The position numbers were made by a program, and so were the translations under genes. A stretch of 62,545 nt of DNA, counting the filler, from Actinomycetota bacterium (GTDB lineage Bacteria; Actinomycetota; CADDZG01; JAHWKV01; JAOPZY01), in assembly GCA_025963875.1 (NCBI GenBank). It is 7 parts of 7 records of this genome, joined end to end, with 100 filler letters (N's around TTAATTAATTAA, not from the genome) between each part and the next. Parts side by side here need not be neighbours in the genome. Positions count along the whole stretch, not along the records: positions 1 to 5,862 come from JAOPZY010000158.1; positions 5,963 to 22,779 come from JAOPZY010000161.1; 5 more parts are not named here. The stretch is one strand, 5' to 3'. Shown here piece after piece: positions 1-6,469 of the stretch. The notes below the pieces were generated by a model. It was not told where the DNA came from, did not search any database, and was given only the letters and a program-made list of their open reading frames with translations. Numbering within the stretch: position 1 is the stretch's first letter; every line of letters starts with the position of its first letter.

Positions 1-230
1 TCACCGTAGGGGAACTTGTAGTGGGCCTTGGTCTCCTCGTTTTCTTCGTCGTCGACGCCGAGGTACCACCGAGCATACGCGGTGTACCCGTGCTCCTCGA
101 TGTACCGGTTCTCCTGCTCCGCCGACGGTTCATGCTCACTCCACGCATCTCTCTCGTCCGCCACGTACTTCCCGTCCCTGATCAGTGCCTTCGCGTGATC
201 AAGTGCTGTCTCGTTCAGCCGTACGGCCAT
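1..230 (-). CDS. Conserved hypothetical protein (partial, runs off window start)
   Basis: Not in the ORF track. Manual translation from ATG 230 gives MAVRLNETALDHAKALIRDGKYVADERDAWSEHEPSAEQENRYIEEHGYTAYARWYLGVDDEENEETKAHYKFPYG with no stop. A strong RBS (GGAGGAGGTG) lies upstream. Confidence 0.75.
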   Translation of the reverse strand, partial: MAVRLNETALDHAKALIRDGKYVADERDAWSEHEPSAEQENRYIEEHGYTAYARWYLGVDDEENEETKAHYKFPYG

Positions 231-354
231 CGACCTCACCTCCTCCATGGGCCCCACTCTGAGCGGTGGCACCCGTAGTGGCATCACGGAGGCGCGTAGT
301 TCTTGCCTGGCGAGGCTGCCTGAAGACCACGGTCGGGTACAGGGAGAGATAGTC

Positions 355-1044
355 ATGCCGGTGATCGAGGAAAGTCTTCCGGTCCCCGTGGCGGGGGTCG
401 CCCTCGCCGCCGACGTCGCTGTGCCCGAGTCCCCGCAGGGCGTCGTCCTGTTCGCGCACGGCAGCGGGAGCAGCCGCCACAGCCCCCGGAACCGCTACGT
501 GGCTGGCGAGCTGCAGCGGGCCGGTCTCGCCACGGTCCTCGCCGACCTGCTCACCCCACACGAAGAACAGATCGACGCCCGAACGGCTGAGCTGCGGTTC
601 GACATCGGCCTGCTGGCGACGCGGCTGAGTGCCTTGACCGACTGGGTTACCGGGCACGAGGCCACCGCTGGGCTGGCAGTCGGGCTGTTCGGGGCCAGCA
701 CGGGCGCAGCCGCCGCGCTGGTCGCCGCGGCGCAACGGCCCTCCGCCGTGGCCGCGGTCGTCTCGCGCGGCGGACGGCCGGACCTTGCCGGCGATTTCCT
801 CCCCGCGGTGCGTCAGCCCACCCTGCTGATCGTCGGCGAGCGGGACAAGGTCGTCCTCGAGCTCAACCGGCGGGCCATGACGCAGCTTGGTGGCGAGTCA
901 GGCCTCGAGATCGTGCCTGGAGCGACGCACCTGTTCGAGGAGCCGGGAGCCCTGGAACGGGTTGCCCGCCTGGCCAGGGACTGGTTCGTCACCTACCTGT
1001 CCCGCACACCGCCCGGGAGCCAGTACCTCGACGCCCAGGGATGA
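355..1044 (+). CDS. Dienelactone hydrolase-like alpha/beta hydrolase
   Basis: Motifs FAHGSGSSRHSPRN, GLFGASTG, VVSRGGRPDLA, GERD and ATHLFEEPG. RBS AGGGAG precedes ATG 355. Confidence 0.85.
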   Translation: MPVIEESLPVPVAGVALAADVAVPESPQGVVLFAHGSGSSRHSPRNRYVAGELQRAGLATVLADLLTPHEEQIDARTAELRFDIGLLATRLSALTDWVTGHEATAGLAVGLFGASTGAAAALVAAAQRPSAVAAVVSRGGRPDLAGDFLPAVRQPTLLIVGERDKVVLELNRRAMTQLGGESGLEIVPGATHLFEEPGALERVARLARDWFVTYLSRTPPGSQYLDAQG

Positions 1045-1098
1045 CCCTGCAGGTCCGCACGGGCGGCCCGCTTGTCTCGCCACGGGAGGCAGTCCGTC

Positions 1099-1139
1099 CG
1101 GGTGCAATTTCCCACCTGTACGGTGGGTTTTTGCACCCG
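1099..1139. repeat. 41-bp extragenic imperfect palindrome
   Basis: CGGGTGCAA-TTT-CCCACC-TGTAC-GGTGGG-TTT-TTGCACCCG, about 55 nt after the hydrolase stop. Confidence 0.8.
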
Positions 1140-1150
1140 ACTTGCGTTCT

Positions 1151-1337
1151 GGCGGGTATCGCCTCCATGGGGCGGACATCCCCGACTTTCCCCGTTGACC
1201 TCGGCCCCCAGCTCGCTGAAGAGGGCGATGGCAGCTTCGAGGTTGCGCTCGGCTGGTTCGTGTGCAGCACCCTCCGTCCACGTGAGGTGTTCATGGGTAG
1301 GCGTGGCCGGGACGACGACTTGAATTTCGGCGGGGGC
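1151..1337 (-). pseudogene. Frameshifted remnant of a USP-like (universal stress protein-like) domain
   Basis: One frame reads IQVVVPATPTHEHLTWTEGAAHEPAERNLEAAIALFSELGAEVNGE. After removing one base at ~1187-1189 it continues VGDVRPMEAI, giving a GEVGDxxPxxAI pattern. No start or C-terminus is present. Confidence 0.45.
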
Positions 1338-1338
1338 T

Positions 1339-2454
1339 TTGCGCGAGCCTGTCGGCGTGCTCGTGCGGCTTCCGAGAGTCATCCCCGTCGCCTGTCTCCT
1401 GGCGATCCTGGCCAGTCCGCCGGTTCGGGCCGGCCTCAAAGGGTTGCTGCTCGTGCCGGAAGTGATCCCTTCTCCGGCGCACCCGCTCTCGCTCGTAACG
1501 CTCAGCCCCCGGCGCACTCTCGTCCACCTGGCCGACGGCGAGGCGGATCTCTACCAGCCCCGGGCCCTCGTGGGCTCCGCCGCCGCCCCCGGCGTCGTGC
1601 TCATCCACGGAGCGAACCCGGGAGGCAAGGACGACCCGCGGATCGTCGGCCTCGCCGACGCTCTCGCCCGAGCCGGCCGCCGGGTGCTCGTTCCCCAGCT
1701 CTCCCTGCGCCTCCAGCGCCTTGACGTCGCCGACCCGTCGAGGATCCGGGAAGCAGTTTCCCTCCTGGCTGGCCCAATGCCCGCCAAGGTCGGCGTCCTG
1801 GCCTTCTCCTACGGCGCCGGCCTCACGCTCGTGGCCCTGACGGACCAGCCCGCGGTCCAGGCCCACGTCGCCTTCGTCGCCACCGTGGGCACCTACTTCA
1901 GCCTGTTCGACCTCTTGCAGGGGGCGACGACGGGAACCGTGCCCTACCGGGGAACAACGGTCAGCTGGCAACCGGACCCGAGGGCACGCGAGCTCGCCGC
2001 CGAACAGCTTGCGGCGTTTCTCGGCCCCGCCGACGGTGCGGCGCTCGCTGCGTCCCTGAAGCGTGGCGATCCGACCGGACTGGCACCGGGCCCCCGATCG
2101 GTCTACGACCTTCTCGCCAACCGCGATCCGGCCCGTTTCGACGTTCTCGCCGGCCGGCTCCCCGGGGGACTGACCGACCGCCTCTCCGCCCTGTCCCCTG
2201 CGCAGTCGATCAACCGTGTAACGGTCCCGGTGCTGGCGCTCCACGCTCGGACGGACCAGGCCTCACCACCGACCGAGTCCCGGCTGCTGATCGCCGCCCT
2301 GGAGGGAAGGGTGGCGACCCGGCTCGTCATCGTCGGCGACCTTTCCCACGTCACCCCGACCGCCTCGATCCTGCGTGACATCCGTGACGCCCTCCGCGTG
2401 GCCGACTTCGCCTCGACGGCCATGCGTGCCCAGGAAGGCTGGCCCCGCCCCTGA
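1339..2454 (+). CDS. Alpha/beta-fold hydrolase, N-terminally membrane-anchored or secreted (start uncertain)
   Basis: Hydrophobic N-terminus, VLIHG oxyanion motif, nucleophile elbow AFSYG, candidate Asp (ARTDQ) and His (LSHV). Confidence 0.7.
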   Translation: MREPVGVLVRLPRVIPVACLLAILASPPVRAGLKGLLLVPEVIPSPAHPLSLVTLSPRRTLVHLADGEADLYQPRALVGSAAAPGVVLIHGANPGGKDDPRIVGLADALARAGRRVLVPQLSLRLQRLDVADPSRIREAVSLLAGPMPAKVGVLAFSYGAGLTLVALTDQPAVQAHVAFVATVGTYFSLFDLLQGATTGTVPYRGTTVSWQPDPRARELAAEQLAAFLGPADGAALAASLKRGDPTGLAPGPRSVYDLLANRDPARFDVLAGRLPGGLTDRLSALSPAQSINRVTVPVLALHARTDQASPPTESRLLIAALEGRVATRLVIVGDLSHVTPTASILRDIRDALRVADFASTAMRAQEGWPRP

Positions 2455-2770
2455 GCCTTGCGTTGCCCGGTCAGGGGGACAGCCAGAACAGCAGGTCTCT
2501 TGGTCCCGGCTCGCGGTGGGCGGGGAAGTCCGGCGGACTCTCCGCGCGTCAGACACGGCAAATCTGCCGGACTTCGAGCGGTGTTGAGGTTCCAGGCAGA
2601 GGCCCGAGCCCTTGGTGCCCGGCCCCTTGGTCCGAAGTAGGGAGCAGACCGCGCGCATGCGCGCGCTAGGCTCCCAACCTCTCCCCCGGCCCCCTGGTGG
2701 CGCGGAGATCCGGACAAGCCATACCCCGGAATCCGGCTCGCCATTTGCGACAGCTCGGCCCTGAGCCTTG
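2449..2770. other. 298-bp hairpin-rich segment bounded by a 12-bp direct repeat (possible insertion)
   Basis: CCCTGAGCCTTG at 2449-2460 and 2759-2770. Internal stems at 2525-2537/2563-2575 and 2637-2678. Confidence 0.5.
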
Positions 2771-2818
2771 TAGTTTGCGTCAAAAAGTGGGCCTGGCACC
2801 CTTTTTGACGGAATCTGC
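2770..2818. repeat. 49-bp GTAG-bounded palindromic element (REP-like), copy 1
   Basis: GTAGTTTGCGTCAAAAAG-N13-CTTTTTGACGGAATCTGC. It closely matches the reverse complement of 42728-42776 and matches 62528-62545. Confidence 0.85.
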
Positions 2819-2826
2819 ATGCACCT

Positions 2827-3303
2827 CTACGGCTCCGCCTCCACGAGCGGAATGACGCGGTAGCCGATCTGCTGGGAGAGAGCGATCACCGTCGTTGTCC
2901 GGGTGATCCCCTGAACCTCGAGGATCCTCGTGACGATCTGGTGGAGGTGGTCGTTCGACCTCGCCACCAGCCGGCAGTGAAGATCGCTCGGGCCCGTCGT
3001 TGCGTAGGCGTCCAGCACCTCGGGGATCTGCCGCAGGTGGTCGACGACGTCGTTGAGCCGGCCCTGGGCGATCTCGATCATGGCGAAGGCGAGGACCTCG
3101 TATCCCATTGCAGCGGGGTCGATGTCGGGGCCGAACCCTTTCACGACGCCGCTCTCGACCAGCTTGTCGAGCCTCGACTGCACGGTGCCCCGCGCCACGC
3201 CGAGCTGCCGGGCCAGCTCCATCATGCCGATCCGGGGGTTGTCGGCCAGCAACCGGATGAGCCGGCGATCCAGGGAGTCCAGCACCGGCCGCCCACTGAT
3301 CAT
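2827..3303 (-). CDS. Lrp/AsnC family transcriptional regulator (HpdA-like position, divergent from hppD operon)
   Basis: LDSLDRRLIRLL...GVARGTVQSRLDKL HTH plus a C-terminal RAM domain (ATTGPSDLHCRLVA). Confidence 0.92.
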   Translation of the reverse strand: MISGRPVLDSLDRRLIRLLADNPRIGMMELARQLGVARGTVQSRLDKLVESGVVKGFGPDIDPAAMGYEVLAFAMIEIAQGRLNDVVDHLRQIPEVLDAYATTGPSDLHCRLVARSNDHLHQIVTRILEVQGITRTTTVIALSQQIGYRVIPLVEAEP

Positions 3304-3328
3304 TCTTACCATCCGATCCTCTATTGGA

Positions 3329-3389
3329 TGGGCAGATTGTATAGCTTATGGTGGGCACTATTGACTGGTTGATGCCCCGGTGCTGCAAT
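3329..3389 (+). promoter_or_regulatory. Candidate housekeeping-sigma promoter and Lrp-binding repeats of the HDO-hppD-hmgA operon
   Basis: TTGACT (3361-3366)-N17-TGCAAT (3384-3389). TGGGCA repeats at 3329 and 3352 in an AT-rich intergenic region. Confidence 0.5.
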
Positions 3390-3430
3390 AACCGTACGAA
3401 GTGCCTTGAGGAGCGGGAGGAGGCTGAGCC

Positions 3431-4237
3431 ATGGAGCAGGACCTCGAGTCGTTCCGCAGCAGCGTCGAGGACATCGTCTACCACCACCCCGTCGTGATGG
3501 ACAACACCTACACGAAATGGTTCGCCAAAGGGGAGGCCTCGAGAGGTGAGGTGCGCCATCTTGCGGTGCAGTTCTCCGTGTTCTCCCACCAGTTCGTCGA
3601 GGCGTCCCTCCGCAAGGTGATCAACGCCGCCGACCTGCAGACCTACCGGGCCGGCAAGGAGATCCTGATGAATGAGCTCGGGGTCGTCTACCGGCCCGCC
3701 GGCGCCCGCCGGGAGGCGGCCGACACCGAAGACCCGGAGCTCGTCGGGACGGAGGGCAGCGTCGACGCCAGCACCTTCCGGTTCTCGGCGGCCCACTTCG
3801 AGTGGCTGCTCAACTTCGGCGCTCCGCTCGGGCTCAGCTTCGAGGACATGGGCAAGCGCCGGCACGCCACGCCGGGCACGCGCTTCTTCTGCGACGAGCT
3901 GCTTCGCATCTACGGGGCGGAGGACGCTTCGATTGCCGAGGGAGCCTCCTTCGCCGTCGAGCACTGGGCGGCGGCAGGGTTCTGGAAGGAGCTCATCGCC
4001 GGGCTGAAGGCGTTCAAGGACCGCGAATGCCCCGGCCTGCCGCTCGGGTTCTGGATCTGGCACGACAAGATCGAGGACCAGCACGCCGCCCACACCTCCG
4101 ATGAGCTGGGGCAGGCCTTCGCCATGCCGGAGTTCGACCAGGAGAAGTTCATCCAGGGTGCCCGGGAGATGCTCGACGGTGTCCGGGCATTCTGGGACGG
4201 CCTGTGGGGCGACCACGTGGTGGGCCGTGCTGCCTGA
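3431..4237 (+). CDS. Heme-oxygenase-like diiron (HDO; PqqC/TenA/CADD superfamily) protein, function unknown
   Basis: 268 aa with RBS GGAGGAGG. Candidate metal ligands E82, H122, E177 and H211-x3-E215-x2-H218. Has an N-terminal HP motif and a C-terminal FWDGL typical of this helical-bundle fold. Confidence 0.75.
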   Translation: MEQDLESFRSSVEDIVYHHPVVMDNTYTKWFAKGEASRGEVRHLAVQFSVFSHQFVEASLRKVINAADLQTYRAGKEILMNELGVVYRPAGARREAADTEDPELVGTEGSVDASTFRFSAAHFEWLLNFGAPLGLSFEDMGKRRHATPGTRFFCDELLRIYGAEDASIAEGASFAVEHWAAAGFWKELIAGLKAFKDRECPGLPLGFWIWHDKIEDQHAAHTSDELGQAFAMPEFDQEKFIQGAREMLDGVRAFWDGLWGDHVVGRAA

Positions 4238-5315
4238 CCCCTTCCCGATCCTCGGGTTCGACCATGTCGAGTTCCACGTCGGCAACGCCACCCAGGCCGC
4301 CCATTTCTACCGATCGCTGGGCTTTGTCGCCGTCGCCTACCGCGGTCTTGAGACGGGAAGCCGGGACGAGGTCTCATGGTGTCTCCGCCAGGGTGAGGTC
4401 ACCTTCGTGCTGACCGGCGGCCTCGGCCCCGACAGCCCGGTGGCCGACCACGTAAAGCTCCACGGCGACGGCGTCCACGACGTTGCCTTCACCGTCCCCG
4501 ATGCGGAGGACGCGTACCGGACCGCCCTCGCCCGTGGCGCCACGGGGGTGCGGGAGCCGGAGGTCCTCGAGGACGAGCACGGCAAGATCGTCCGCGCGTC
4601 GATCGCCGCGTACGGCGACACCGTCCACACCTTCGTCGGCCGCCGGGACTACGCCGGGGTCTTCCTGCCGGGCTTCACGCCGGTGGCCTCGGACGGAACC
4701 GCTGGGCTGGGGGTCCGGCTCATCGACCACGTCGTCGGCAACGTCGAACTGGGCCGCATGGACGAGTGGGTGTCGTTCTACGAGCGGGTCATGGGCTTCA
4801 CCGAGATGCGCCACTTCTCCGACCGCGAGATATCGACCGAGTACTCCGCGCTCATGTCCAAGGTGCTGTGGGACGGGGTGGGCAAGATCAAGCTGCCGAT
4901 CAACGAGCCGGCAACCGGGCGGCGCCGGTCGCAGATCGAGGAGTACCTGATGTACTACGGGTCGCCCGGTGTGCAGCACATCGCCCTCCGGACCGACGAC
5001 ATCGTGGCGACGGTCGCGGCCATGCAGGCGGGGGGCGTCGAATTCCTCAGGGTGCCGGACGCCTACTACGACGAGGTCCGGGACCGCGTCCCGGAGGTTG
5101 CCGGGGAGATCGAGGCGCTGCGCACCCGCGGGATCCTCGTCGACGCCGACGACGATGGCTACCTGCTTCAGATCTTCACCAAGCCCCTGCAGGACCGGCC
5201 GACCTTCTTCCTCGAGGTGATCGAGCGGCACGGCTCACTGGGGTTCGGGGCCGGCAACTTCAAGGCCCTGTTCGAGTCCATCGAGCGGGAGCAGGCGATG
5301 AGGGGGAACCTCTGA
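4227..5315 (+). CDS. hppD: 4-hydroxyphenylpyruvate dioxygenase
   Basis: GTG 4227 overlaps the HDO stop. Motifs FDHVEFHVGNA, IDHVVGNV, SQIEEYL, GVQHIAL, LLQIFTKP, FLEVIER, GFGAGNFKALFESIEREQ. Confidence 0.95.
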   Translation: MLPDPFPILGFDHVEFHVGNATQAAHFYRSLGFVAVAYRGLETGSRDEVSWCLRQGEVTFVLTGGLGPDSPVADHVKLHGDGVHDVAFTVPDAEDAYRTALARGATGVREPEVLEDEHGKIVRASIAAYGDTVHTFVGRRDYAGVFLPGFTPVASDGTAGLGVRLIDHVVGNVELGRMDEWVSFYERVMGFTEMRHFSDREISTEYSALMSKVLWDGVGKIKLPINEPATGRRRSQIEEYLMYYGSPGVQHIALRTDDIVATVAAMQAGGVEFLRVPDAYYDEVRDRVPEVAGEIEALRTRGILVDADDDGYLLQIFTKPLQDRPTFFLEVIERHGSLGFGAGNFKALFESIEREQAMRGNL

Positions 5316-5862
5316 TGGAAGCCGTGTGGTCGAAGGGAACGGTGGCCCGGCAGGCCCACGTGGGCGTCCCCGACGGCACCTACGAGGAGGAGCACGGGCG
5401 GGAGACCTTCTTCGGCCGGTCCTCGCACCTCTACCGGCTGCATCCGCCGACCGCGTGGGTCGGTATCGAGGGCCCGCTCCGGCCTCGTGCCCTGAATGTC
5501 AACGAGATGAAGCCCGAGGACCTTGTCGACGCGGCCGGCGCCTGGCAGCTGATCGCCGGCAACGACGACGTCCGGCTCTTCGTTTCACGGCGAGCCAGGC
5601 CGGCGCCCTGGTTCCTCCGCGACGCCGACGGGGACCTCTGCTATTTCGTCCACCGCGGCCGGGGCGTGCTCGAGACCGACTACGGCCCACTGGCCTACGA
5701 ACCGGGGGACTACCTCGTTGTCCCCAAGGGGACGACGCACCGCCTGGTGCCGGATCCGGGGGAGGACGGTTTCTTCTTTGTCATCGAGGGCACCGGGGAG
5801 TTCCGACTGCCAGTCCGGGGGATCATGGGACGCCACGCCCAGTTCGACCCCGGCATGCTGGA
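5315..5862 (+). CDS. hmgA: Homogentisate 1,2-dioxygenase (partial, truncated by contig end)
   Basis: TGATG coupling to hppD. Motifs YEEEHGRETFFGRSSHLYRLHPPT and RDADGDLCYFVHRGRGVLETDYG..PGDYLVVPKG. Confidence 0.85.
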
Positions 5863-5962
5863 NNNNNNNNNNNNNNNNNNNNNNNNNNNNNNNNNNNNNN
5901 NNNNNNTTAATTAATTAANNNNNNNNNNNNNNNNNNNNNNNNNNNNNNNNNNNNNNNNNNNN
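5863..5962. other. Artificial contig linker
   Basis: N44-TTAATTAATTAA-N44 (six-frame stop). Identical linkers at 22780-22879, 28057-28156, 33544-33643, 52926-53025 and 57682-57781. Confidence 0.99.
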
Positions 5963-6038
5963 CGGCACGACCTGGGTCGAGGCCGTGCGACACCTTCCAC
6001 CGATCCTGTCGGTCGAGGTCACTCCGTGGTCGAGATAG
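5963..6038 (+). CDS. 3' end of a probable BNR/Asp-box beta-propeller (sialidase-like) protein
   Basis: GTTWVEAVRHLPPILSVEV...stop, overlapping the MoaD start. This C-terminal pattern is typical of propeller genes that precede MoaD/ThiS. Only 24 residues are visible. Confidence 0.45.
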
Positions 6039-6283
6039 TGCTACCGAGTCTTCTCGCCACGCAGGCCGGAGGCCGGAGGCAGTTCCACATCGAGGCGGAG
6101 ACCCTTGGGGAGGCCCTGCACGCCCTGCCGGTCGCCGATCTGATCTTCAACGAACGAGGACAGTGGAATAAGTATCTGAACGTCTACGTCGACGGAACGG
6201 ACGCTCGCGAGCGAGGCGGTGACGCGTGTCCTCTCGCAGGAGCCCGCGAAGTACTGATCGTCCCCATGGTCTCCGGCGGTTAG
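6026..6283 (+). CDS. MoaD/ThiS family ubiquitin-like protein
   Basis: 85 aa beta-grasp pattern (LNVYVDG..) ending in VSGG. Confidence 0.85.
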   Translation: MVEIVLPSLLATQAGGRRQFHIEAETLGEALHALPVADLIFNERGQWNKYLNVYVDGTDARERGGDACPLAGAREVLIVPMVSGG

Positions 6284-6469
6284 GGCGGCGTCAGGCAACG
6301 TTTGCGCGCTTTACCACCTCTGCGCAAGGCTAGGTAACGTTGTCAGCTATAGCAGCACTTCTTTACCTGACCCCGCACGTGGGAGCGCCAGACGTGCCCC
6401 AGGCAGCCGACGCGAGCGTGATTTATCGTACGGCCGGAGGCTCTGATGCCACAACAGCCGGGCTGAGTC

